From: an uncultured Muribaculaceae bacterium
GTDB lineage: Bacteria; Pseudomonadota; Alphaproteobacteria; Rs-D84
Direction of reading: 5' to 3'
DNA: 64,000 nucleotides
NCBI GenBank assembly: GCA_965231035.1
Contig: OZ246409.1
Span: forward strand, 257,222-321,221
Positions 17,387 to 26,112 of the stretch are shown here, in pieces. The first letter of the stretch is position 1; every line of letters begins with the position of its first letter. The translations under genes and the position numbers were made by a program. Under the pieces are notes generated by a model. The model had not been told where the DNA came from. It made no database searches and saw only the letters and a program-made list of their open reading frames with translations.

Positions 17387-18604
17387 ATGCTGCATTTTCG
17401 TTTTCGTGAAAAAACTAATACTTGGCCCGGGTTCGTGGATTTATTTTCCAACCTGGTTATTATTCTTATTTTCTTGCTGATTGTTTTTGTATTCTTGTGG
17501 ACAACCACCAGTGTTTTTAACAAAAGTAGTGGATTGAAAACTGTTTCTGAATTAAGAAAAACAAACGAAGAACAAAGTCAGTCTTTGGCACAAATGTCAG
17601 CCGATGAACAAGAAGCCAAACGTCTGTTGGTTATGGCACGCAGTGAACTGGAAACTTTACAACAAAGCAAAACTGAATTAGAAGATAAGACAAACGATCT
17701 TCAGTCCAAGGCTTCTGATTTGCAAGAAAAAGCTGCTGACCTTGAAAGTGAAAAAGCAGATTTGCAGGATAAAATTAATCAACTGAACTCTGAAATACAA
17801 AAAAGAGATACCGGCACACAAGAACTGGTTACGGCTTATGAAAGCAAGGTTTCAGATATGCAAGATTCTGAAAACAAATTGCAAGATATGATTAATCAAT
17901 TAAATACTCAACTGAACCAGGCAACTGTGGATAAACAAAAAACAGCCGAGCTGGAACAGCAACGTCGTGCACTGCAATCCGATTTAGAAGCTCAACGTAT
18001 GGCATTATCTGATCAATTGTCAAAACTGCAGGCATCGTTGGACGCAGCCGAAGCAAAGTCACAAACCCAAGAAGTTCAATATACTGAATTGTCGAATCGT
18101 TTAAACAAAGCATTGGCTGACAAGGTTGCAGAACTAAGCAAGGTTGGACAATACCAATCAGATTTTTATAAGGCTATCAAGTTGGCACTGGGCGACAGAA
18201 CAACAATTAAACAAGAAGGTGACCGCTTTATAATTTCCAGTGATATTTTATTTTCCAGCGGCGAATATAATCTGTCACCAGAAGGTAAAAATCAATTGCG
18301 TCTGATTGCAAACGTAATCAAAGATATGGAAAATAAAATTCCAACAGATGTAAATTGGATTGTTCGTGTTGATGGTCACACAGATAAAACACCTGTAAAT
18401 CCTGGAAATCATGCCTTTAAGAATAACACCCAACTTTCATTATTACGCGCAATTGCAGTTTCTGGTGAATTGGAAAAAGCAGGCGTTTCAAAACGCAGAT
18501 TGGTTCCCAGTGGATTTGGCGAAATGTATCCAGTTGAATTGGGCACAGATGCAACCAGCCTGCAAAAGAATCGCAGAATCGAACTGCGTTTAACCAACAG
18601 ATAA
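17387..18604 (+). CDS. MotB/OmpA-like protein: N-terminal TM plug, about 200 aa of coiled coil, C-terminal OmpA peptidoglycan-binding domain
   Basis: The MotB-type TM is WPGFVDLFSNLVIILIFLL. A heptad-rich Q/E/L segment follows. The OmpA-like domain is FSSGEYNLSPEGK...VRVDGHTDKTPV...NRRIELRL. Confidence 0.6.
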   Translation: MLHFRFREKTNTWPGFVDLFSNLVIILIFLLIVFVFLWTTTSVFNKSSGLKTVSELRKTNEEQSQSLAQMSADEQEAKRLLVMARSELETLQQSKTELEDKTNDLQSKASDLQEKAADLESEKADLQDKINQLNSEIQKRDTGTQELVTAYESKVSDMQDSENKLQDMINQLNTQLNQATVDKQKTAELEQQRRALQSDLEAQRMALSDQLSKLQASLDAAEAKSQTQEVQYTELSNRLNKALADKVAELSKVGQYQSDFYKAIKLALGDRTTIKQEGDRFIISSDILFSSGEYNLSPEGKNQLRLIANVIKDMENKIPTDVNWIVRVDGHTDKTPVNPGNHAFKNNTQLSLLRAIAVSGELEKAGVSKRRLVPSGFGEMYPVELGTDATSLQKNRRIELRLTNR

Positions 18605-18631
18605 AAAATCCGGCAACGCCGGATTTTTTTA
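18604..18631 (+). terminator. Intrinsic terminator
   Basis: aaaaaATCCGGCaacGCCGGATttttttt. Confidence 0.55.
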
Positions 18632-18711
18632 TTGAAATATAAAATTTAAAGTTTAACAATTTATCTGTACGAGAATGCAGGAGATACTTTTTTAAATAAA
18701 AGGATAATACC

Positions 18712-19587
18712 GTGAAACAATATTTAGACCACATTGAACATATTCTCGAAAATGGCGTTGTTAAAAAAGATCGCACAGGAACAGGAACCAAAGATTGTTT
18801 TGGTTACCAAAATAGATATGATTTATCAAAAGGTTTTCCCCTTTTGACAACAAAAAAACTTCATTTAAAATCAATAATTTTTGAACTTCTGTGGTTTATA
18901 CGTGGCGATACAAATATAAAATATCTAAATGATAATGGTGTAACCATATGGAACGAATGGGCAAATGAAAATGGTGAATTAGGACCTGTTTATGGTCGTC
19001 AATGGCGCTCTTGGCCGGCACCTGATGGTCGCAAAATTGACCAACTTGGAAATGTCATAAAATCAATTAAAGGTAACCCTGATTCACGTAGACATATAAT
19101 AAGTGCTTGGAACGTTGGTGAAATTGATTATATGGCTTTACCACCATGTCATCTTTTGTTTCAGTTTGATGTAACAAACGGAAAACTTAGTTGTCAATTA
19201 TATCAACGTAGCGCAGATGTATTTTTGGGAGTTCCATTTAATATAGCTTCATATGCTTTATTCACACAAATGATGGCTCAAGTATGTGGTTTACAACCAG
19301 GTGAATTTATACATAGTTTCGGCAGTAATCACCTGTATTTAAATCATATTGAACAATCAAAAATACAAGTTCAAAGAAAGCCTTACCCTTTGCCAATAGT
19401 CAAGTTGAATCCAAATATAAAAAATATTGAAGATTTTAAATTTGAAGACTTTAAATTAACTTATTCAGAAGAAACTATTGAGATATTTAAAAGAGATTAT
19501 TCTGATGATCCGAATTGGAAAAAATATCTTGAAACAAAAAATAGCTATGTATGTCATCCCCATATAAAAGCTAAAGTATCTAAGTAA
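18712..19587 (+). CDS. thyA: Thymidylate synthase (ThyA type)
   Basis: [16 protein letters not shown]; the catalytic segment [12 protein letters not shown]; [17 protein letters not shown]. Confidence 0.85.
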   Translation: MKQYLDHIEHILENGVVKKDRTGTGTKDCFGYQNRYDLSKGFPLLTTKKLHLKSIIFELLWFIRGDTNIKYLNDNGVTIWNEWANENGELGPVYGRQWRSWPAPDGRKIDQLGNVIKSIKGNPDSRRHIISAWNVGEIDYMALPPCHLLFQFDVTNGKLSCQLYQRSADVFLGVPFNIASYALFTQMMAQVCGLQPGEFIHSFGSNHLYLNHIEQSKIQVQRKPYPLPIVKLNPNIKNIEDFKFEDFKLTYSEETIEIFKRDYSDDPNWKKYLETKNSYVCHPHIKAKVSK

Positions 19588-19589
19588 TA

Positions 19590-19616
19590 TAAATCCGGCA
19601 CCGCCGGATTTTTTGT
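19590..19616. terminator. Bidirectional intrinsic terminator between convergent thyA and the helicase gene
   Basis: aaATCCGGCaccGCCGGATttttt. Confidence 0.5.
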
Positions 19617-20815
19617 TATTTTTTCTTAAATGAACGACGACGATTTCGTGGTCTTTTATTTCTGTTTCCATTATTTTTTTTGTTACCAGATTCTTTTTTT
19701 AAGCCCATTTTCACATCTTCTGGTAATCCTGATGGAATCTTTAATAATTTGCAAATATCAATCCATTTTGAATAATCATTCTTGGTCAGTAAATTAATTG
19801 CAACACCAGATGCTCCGGCTCGTGCGGTACGACCTATTCTGTGAATATAATCTTCGGGAGCCTGGGGCAAATCATAATTTATAACAGTTCCAATGTGTGA
19901 AATATCTAAACCACGTGCTGCAATGTCTGTTGCAACCATAATATTACATTTTTTACTGCGAAATTCGGCTGTCATTCTGACACGCTTATTCTGATTCATA
20001 TCACCATGTAATGCACATACTGAAAATTTTGCCATATGCAATTTTTTCATCAAACGTTCAGTTCCGTATTTAGTCTTGACAAAAATCAAAACAGATTCTG
20101 GCTGTTTATCCAACAATTCTGTTAAAACCGAATATTTTAACTCATCCGTTGTATGAATTAATTCTTGAGTTAAATTATCTGTTGCAACATTTTGTTCACC
20201 AGCTGATATTCGAACAGGATCTTTTAAATACTTACCAGCCAATTCCATAATATTTTTTGGAAAAGTTGCCGACAACATTAATGTTTGGTGCGGTATTGGT
20301 AATTCAGCAATTATTGTTTCCAGCTGTTTACCAAATCCCATATCCAACATACGATCCGTTTCATCAATTATTAGCATACCGGTTCGACCCAGTCTTAACT
20401 TTCGTTGACGTAAATGATCATTTATACGACCTGGTGTTCCGACAATCAAACGTGCACCCATTTTTAACTGACGCAATTGTTTATCCATTGAATCACCACC
20501 AATCAGCAATGCTGTTGGAATTTTGATTAACTTTCCCATAATTTTTGTTGATTCAACCAAAACCTGGCTGGCTAACTCACGCGTTGGTAATAAAATTAAA
20601 ACAATATCGGTATCGTTCTTTAAAAGATGTGCAATTGCTGGAATTGCAAAAGCAGCTGTTTTTCCAGTACCAGTTTGTGCATTACCCAAGACATCTTTAC
20701 CCTCTAATGCCACTGGTATAACTTGTTCTTGGATTGGTGTTGGATTAATATATTTTGATTCGGCCAGAACAGACAAAATCTTTTTGGGAATTCCCAAATT
20801 ATCAAAAGTTTTCAT
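19616..20815 (-). CDS. DEAD-box ATP-dependent RNA helicase (RhlE-like) with a basic C-terminal tail
   Basis: Q motif, AQTGTGKT, PTRELA, DEAD-like DETD, SAT, HRIGRTAR; the tail is NKRPRNRRRSFKKK. Confidence 0.85.
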   Translation of the reverse strand: MKTFDNLGIPKKILSVLAESKYINPTPIQEQVIPVALEGKDVLGNAQTGTGKTAAFAIPAIAHLLKNDTDIVLILLPTRELASQVLVESTKIMGKLIKIPTALLIGGDSMDKQLRQLKMGARLIVGTPGRINDHLRQRKLRLGRTGMLIIDETDRMLDMGFGKQLETIIAELPIPHQTLMLSATFPKNIMELAGKYLKDPVRISAGEQNVATDNLTQELIHTTDELKYSVLTELLDKQPESVLIFVKTKYGTERLMKKLHMAKFSVCALHGDMNQNKRVRMTAEFRSKKCNIMVATDIAARGLDISHIGTVINYDLPQAPEDYIHRIGRTARAGASGVAINLLTKNDYSKWIDICKLLKIPSGLPEDVKMGLKKESGNKKNNGNRNKRPRNRRRSFKKK

Positions 20816-20962
20816 TATTTTTCTTATGGTTGATTTACGGGGTATCTTTGAAACCCAAAAAACAAATTTATGTAAAATGAATAAAGAATTTCAAGGCAAG
20901 TGTATATTTAAAAACCTAAAAATCAAGTTTTTAATTATTATGCCATGATAATCAATTTCATT

Positions 20963-23464
20963 TTACATAACGATATCTTCACATTTTGCTTCGGATGTTT
21001 CAGTCTTACAGCTGGTGTTTCTATTGTTATGGAACCAGCTTTTGCTGCCTGTTGTTTTGCAACTTTCTGTGATTGTTGTTGTGCAAATATGACAATTTCT
21101 GGTTTCACGACTGAATATTGCACTGACCTGTTTTGTCATTCCACCGCCACTTAATTTTGCACCACCCAAATATCCACCATTGCTGAATGTCACACCACCA
21201 GCATGCATTACACCAGCCCCGCCTTTCATCAAATCTTCGGTTGTTAAACCAGATCCGACTTCGTAACTGATTGCATATGGTGGAGTCAAAGGAGTGCTGG
21301 CATTAACATCACCCAAACCACCTGCCCCACCGTTTTCTGCAATCTTTTGACACATGTATTGTGCCAAATCTGCAGAAGCATTTTTGGTTGCAGATGATAT
21401 TTCTTTATTCAATTTTGTATTATAATTATCTTGAGCTTTACGCAATGCAGCAACAGCAATTTGCATTTTAACCTGGTTCAGCAATTTTGGAAAACGTGCT
21501 GTGGTGACAGAACCGTCCTTACCATTTATCTGTGACAAATCACGTCCACTGACACAATATTGAATCTTAGGATCTTGTTCTATCATTTCAATCGTGCGAT
21601 TAATAGTGCCAGAAATATTATTCAGTTCTTCTTCAACAGAAGACATTATTCCAGCAGCGTTTGGAATACTTGTATTATTTGATTTAACTTTTACCAAATA
21701 ATCTTGGATACCAATTTGTCCAGGTTCTAACTTTGTTCCATCATCCAAAGTTTTACCACTGGAATCACCCATTTGTATACTGCCAAATGAAATCATTCCT
21801 GTTACACGATATACATCACCATCTTTTTGAGAACGAATTGAACCCGTTCCAATTGTGTCATCGGCTGCGAATTTATTACAATCTGTGGTGCTGCCACAAA
21901 CCTCGGTCATTTTTTCATCAACCAGATTCTCGCAATTTTCCAATTCAGCATTATCAATATTCAAATACAATCCCATCAACATTGAATCCAAATCATCCAT
22001 TGAAAATGCTGGATTATTTGCTTTGCAAACAACCAATTTATCCAATGGGCAAATATCTTTTATGTAATTGTAATCCATACCGATACAATTGCTGAAATCT
22101 TTGCCGCATCTTTCATCGGATGTAAAGCAATCTTTGACTTCTTGGGTACAAGCATCTACACGCATAGCAGCCAACTTGTCAGTTACATATCCCCATATCA
22201 TTGGTTCCATTCTTTCACAAGTATCAATTTGAACCTTGCAGAAACTGCGTGCCATATCTGGTCTGGACAAGCAAGAATCCATTGTTGCTGTCCCTTTACC
22301 AACTATATCGTCTTTACATGCTTTTTGAATACAGCTGGAAATATCAGTTAAACAAGATTGACGCATTTTTGATTCTGCATTTTGCTCGGCAAGTTTTATT
22401 GTTGGTGCGGCTTCACGTAAAAAATCGGGCCAAACATTGTCACGCACAACAACACATTGATCCAAAACTTTTTCACAAATATTGCGTTTTGCTTCCAAAA
22501 TTTCCATCGTAGAATCAGTTATGTCAAATTTAGATATAACATCTACTTTGGTACCAGCAGTACTGACGGCCTTGTTATTCTGCATATTTTCCGAAGCAAT
22601 CGTAGAAACGCAATTTGCCCAATCTTTGCCACATGCGTCATCAGATTGCATACATTTTTTAAATTCAACCATACATGTTCCACGATCATACTTGTTTGCG
22701 GAATCAAAACTGCTTTTTAACGCCGCACGAACATCAGATTGTGCACTGGTCAAAATTTTGTCTGCATCAGCCTTTTTTGATGCAACATCATTTGCAAATG
22801 CATTACAGTCAGAAACAATTTGTCTTGAATACATTTGTTGCAAGAACACAACATCTTTTGTACAAGAATCCGGCATCTTGGAAAGACAAAGATCATTCGC
22901 ACCGGTATAAAGAGAGTTTCCAGTTTTATTGGCCAAATTATCAACTTCTTCTTCGAAAACATCTTGATCATCAGTTGAAGAATTAGATTCAAAAATAGCC
23001 ATCAAATCTTTTTTCTTCTTTTCCTTGGTCTGTTCTGTTGATAATTCATCTACTGATATAACATTACCTTTTTCATCATATTCACGGGCACCATTAAAGA
23101 TAATATCAGCCTGTGCCCCAGCCTTGATTTTTTCAACTTGAACTGTTTTCAAATTATCTGCATTTTCCAATTGCTTTTTTATATCAGCCAATTGTTTTTC
23201 ATATTTTGCATTTTCATCACTGCACGAACAAGTTCCACCATTAGTATTATCAACATTACAAAACTGATCCATACATCCGTAATAAGTATCGTAACATTCT
23301 TGTGAATATAAACCAGTCGCCGCAACCTTAGCACGAACACTTGTTCCGCTTTGTATGACAGATTGCCCTTTGCTGGAACGTGTTGCCACAGCAGATTCAG
23401 CTGTAAAATGCACCAAGCAAAACACAGATGTCAACAATCCAAAGCTTATAATTTTACGCATCAT
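20963..23464 (-). CDS. Large secreted cysteine-rich protein, family member 2; cotranscribed downstream of member 3
   Basis: Signal peptide; CYDTYYGCMDQFCNVDNTNGGTCSCSDE; CGKDWANC and CGKDFSNCIGMDYNYIKDICPLDKLVVC modules; Gly-rich C-terminus ending CEDIVM. It is closely similar to 53572-56349. Confidence 0.7.
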   Translation of the reverse strand: MMRKIISFGLLTSVFCLVHFTAESAVATRSSKGQSVIQSGTSVRAKVAATGLYSQECYDTYYGCMDQFCNVDNTNGGTCSCSDENAKYEKQLADIKKQLENADNLKTVQVEKIKAGAQADIIFNGAREYDEKGNVISVDELSTEQTKEKKKKDLMAIFESNSSTDDQDVFEEEVDNLANKTGNSLYTGANDLCLSKMPDSCTKDVVFLQQMYSRQIVSDCNAFANDVASKKADADKILTSAQSDVRAALKSSFDSANKYDRGTCMVEFKKCMQSDDACGKDWANCVSTIASENMQNNKAVSTAGTKVDVISKFDITDSTMEILEAKRNICEKVLDQCVVVRDNVWPDFLREAAPTIKLAEQNAESKMRQSCLTDISSCIQKACKDDIVGKGTATMDSCLSRPDMARSFCKVQIDTCERMEPMIWGYVTDKLAAMRVDACTQEVKDCFTSDERCGKDFSNCIGMDYNYIKDICPLDKLVVCKANNPAFSMDDLDSMLMGLYLNIDNAELENCENLVDEKMTEVCGSTTDCNKFAADDTIGTGSIRSQKDGDVYRVTGMISFGSIQMGDSSGKTLDDGTKLEPGQIGIQDYLVKVKSNNTSIPNAAGIMSSVEEELNNISGTINRTIEMIEQDPKIQYCVSGRDLSQINGKDGSVTTARFPKLLNQVKMQIAVAALRKAQDNYNTKLNKEISSATKNASADLAQYMCQKIAENGGAGGLGDVNASTPLTPPYAISYEVGSGLTTEDLMKGGAGVMHAGGVTFSNGGYLGGAKLSGGGMTKQVSAIFSRETRNCHICTTTITESCKTTGSKSWFHNNRNTSCKTETSEAKCEDIVM

Positions 23465-23487
23465 AATCTCTCTCCACCAAAGTGTTA

Positions 23488-25629
23488 TTACATATTAACG
23501 TCTTCACAAGAATCAACTTCTTGGCAAAATTCTTGAGTACCGCCAGATGCACGACCGCCAAAGAATCCACCAATCGCACCGACTGCACCACCAATTGCTG
23601 TTCCCCACCCAGGCATAACCATTGTACCAGCCGCAGCACCAGCTGCCAATCCACCCCCAGCAGCCTTTAATCCAGATGTATTTTTACTTTCGCCACCTTT
23701 TTCACAAACTTGTTGTGTGCGACATACATGACAATTTCTTAAAGACGGTTCAAAAGATACACTTTTTATATAACTGTAATTTTTCTTTTTTTCGTCTGGC
23801 GTTTCTACCTTATAAGTCGAGGTACAATTTTTTTCTGCTTCTTCTAGGCTTTGAGCACGAGATAATTCTGCAATTTTTGATTCCAATTGTTTCACAGCTC
23901 TGTTTTCTGCACCAATTTCAGCAATTAACTTTGCGGTACTGAACACAGTATCACCCATTGATTTACGACCAGTTGGCTTTTTACCGTCTTTGCAAGCAGT
24001 AACATTTTTATCATTTTCAAAATCAGTAAAGAAATTTTTAACTGCTGCATCCGCATTATCTATAACTTGCTGACGCAAGGCAACCATACCTTCTTCGGTA
24101 TCTGGAACAGCATTCAATGCTGTTATTCTTGCATCATTTGGCAAACAGGACATATCTGTTCCACAAACCTTACCAAGTTTTTCTGCAAAATAATTTGTAC
24201 AACTTTGCAACATTTGATAATCCATCTGCAACATAGCCGCCTGGAGAATTATATTAAATTGTGTTTCTTTCTTACATGATGGGAACATAGACTGTGGACA
24301 CAGCGCAGAAATTTCCGAAGATTTTTTACCTAAACATTCAGGAGCATCATAATTTTTACCACATCTATCCTGTAAACATTTATCTATATCGTTTTCACAA
24401 AATTGAGTTTGTAAAAATCCAAGCTTATCACTGACAGAATTTTTTATACCCGGAATTATATCATTACATTCATCAATTATTGGACATACGCCCGCAGCAA
24501 CATTAATATCTGTCAAACAGGCAGAATCAGTGCCTGTTGAACAACCATCTTCCAGACAAGCCTGAATTTTTGCAAAACAAGTTGCACGGCGATTTTTATC
24601 CGCATATTTTGCAGCATCCTCTAAAACAGTCTTTGATTCAGCAGTCCAGTCTTGTATAACATAATCTTTGACCGCTGTGCATTGGTCCAAAACATTTTCA
24701 CAAGCATTAGCACGACGAGCCAATAATTCTTCGTCCAGACAATTTTCAAAATCAGACCCGCATCCGCCCTTGTCTGATATACAAGATTTATAAGCCAGCA
24801 AACATTCGCCACGATTATATTTGTTTGTTGTATCCAACATTTCCAATCTTGCCTTGCGGACAGCAGCCTCGGCAGTTGTTTTATTCGCACTGGCATCACG
24901 TTTTTGATCTGTCAGATAATTATTAAAATTTTTACAATCTTGAACAATTACACGCGAATAAAGCGTTTCTTCCATCCCAGCAGAATCACCGCAAGCCGCT
25001 AATTTTGAAGCACAATTATCAGTTGCAATTGCATATAAATTGTTACCAATATCATAATCTGAATTCAAAGCATCAGTGTCATCACTTGTTGTGCCAGAAC
25101 TAATCCAATCCGCAAGACTTAAACCAGAAGCACGTGATGAACTTTTAGCCTTGTCACTTTCACCAAATACTAATTTTGCCTTGGCACCAAGTTTTTCGCG
25201 TTCAACACCTTCGGTATACATTTTTTCCGCGTCATTTTGTATTTTTTGAATTTCTTGTATTATCGGTTTTGCCTGATTTATATTGTCAGAACAAGCACAA
25301 CGGCTGCCTTCGGATTCATCTAATAAACAAAATTCATCCATACATTGACGATAATTATCTCGACAACTGTTTGCAGAAGAAGATGTTGTTGTCACACTTG
25401 TTTTTGTGTCTGATGATTTGCTGACAGTTGTTGTTACAGGTTCTGTAACAGTCGTTTGTGTATCTGAATCTGTAGTATTTTCAACAGATGTCGAAGCCCT
25501 GGTCATAACCTGAGATCGGGCCGCCGCCTGGGAAATACGATTAACCCCAACCCTTGCATCACTTCTATCTGCAGCAAAAACAACACTTGGCAGAAAACAA
25601 ACTGCGGTTAAAAATATTTTTAATTTCAT
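23488..25629 (-). CDS. Large secreted cysteine-rich protein, family member 3
   Basis: Start taken at MKLKIFLTAVCFLPSVVFA (signal peptide); S/T-rich region; CRDNYRQCMDEFCLLDESEGSRCACSDN; CGSDFENC; Gly/Ala-rich hydrophobic C-terminus ending CEDVNM. Confidence 0.7.
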   Translation of the reverse strand: MKLKIFLTAVCFLPSVVFAADRSDARVGVNRISQAAARSQVMTRASTSVENTTDSDTQTTVTEPVTTTVSKSSDTKTSVTTTSSSANSCRDNYRQCMDEFCLLDESEGSRCACSDNINQAKPIIQEIQKIQNDAEKMYTEGVEREKLGAKAKLVFGESDKAKSSSRASGLSLADWISSGTTSDDTDALNSDYDIGNNLYAIATDNCASKLAACGDSAGMEETLYSRVIVQDCKNFNNYLTDQKRDASANKTTAEAAVRKARLEMLDTTNKYNRGECLLAYKSCISDKGGCGSDFENCLDEELLARRANACENVLDQCTAVKDYVIQDWTAESKTVLEDAAKYADKNRRATCFAKIQACLEDGCSTGTDSACLTDINVAAGVCPIIDECNDIIPGIKNSVSDKLGFLQTQFCENDIDKCLQDRCGKNYDAPECLGKKSSEISALCPQSMFPSCKKETQFNIILQAAMLQMDYQMLQSCTNYFAEKLGKVCGTDMSCLPNDARITALNAVPDTEEGMVALRQQVIDNADAAVKNFFTDFENDKNVTACKDGKKPTGRKSMGDTVFSTAKLIAEIGAENRAVKQLESKIAELSRAQSLEEAEKNCTSTYKVETPDEKKKNYSYIKSVSFEPSLRNCHVCRTQQVCEKGGESKNTSGLKAAGGGLAAGAAAGTMVMPGWGTAIGGAVGAIGGFFGGRASGGTQEFCQEVDSCEDVNM

Positions 25630-25774
25630 CAGACACCACCCTACATAGTCGTTGTATGTAATTTTATCAAATGCTGGCTTCCCACGCAAGCAGATAAACG
25701 TATAAAAATACCTTGCTTTTTCAATTCATAGCTAATATCATCAAACTAGTATTTTGTTTACAAAAAGGTTATTT

Positions 25775-26023
25775 ATGGCAAAAGATGATGTAATTGTATT
25801 AAATGGTACAGTTGAAGATAAATTGCCGAACACGATGTTCCGCATAAAATTAGAAAATGGACACGATGTTCTGGCAACTGTTTGTGGAAAAATGCGTAAA
25901 GCACGCATTTGGGTTAACGTTGGTGAAAAGGTCCGTGTTGAAATGACCCCTTATGACTTAGACAAGGGTCGTATTACATTTGTAGAAAGAACTGCAAAAC
26001 CTGCCCCAACTGCACAACAATAA
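25775..26023 (+). CDS. infA: Translation initiation factor IF-1
   Basis: [42 protein letters not shown]. The start is in the track frame at the internal Met. Confidence 0.85.
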   Translation: MAKDDVIVLNGTVEDKLPNTMFRIKLENGHDVLATVCGKMRKARIWVNVGEKVRVEMTPYDLDKGRITFVERTAKPAPTAQQ

Positions 26024-26025
26024 AT

Positions 26026-26053
26026 TTATCCCGCGAACCGCGGGATTTTTTTG
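26026..26053 (+). terminator. Intrinsic terminator
   Basis: ATCCCGCGaacCGCGGGATttttttt. Confidence 0.5.
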
Positions 26054-26069
26054 AAATTACAAATTATTT

Positions 26070-26112
26070 TCCTTGCCCTGATTTTCATATTTTTGCTAAT
26101 ATTTTACAGAGA
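26070..26112 (+). promoter_or_regulatory. Conserved 5' block, paralogous to 3211-3253. Putative promoter TTGCCC-N18-TAATAT
   Basis: see 3211-3253. Confidence 0.35.
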
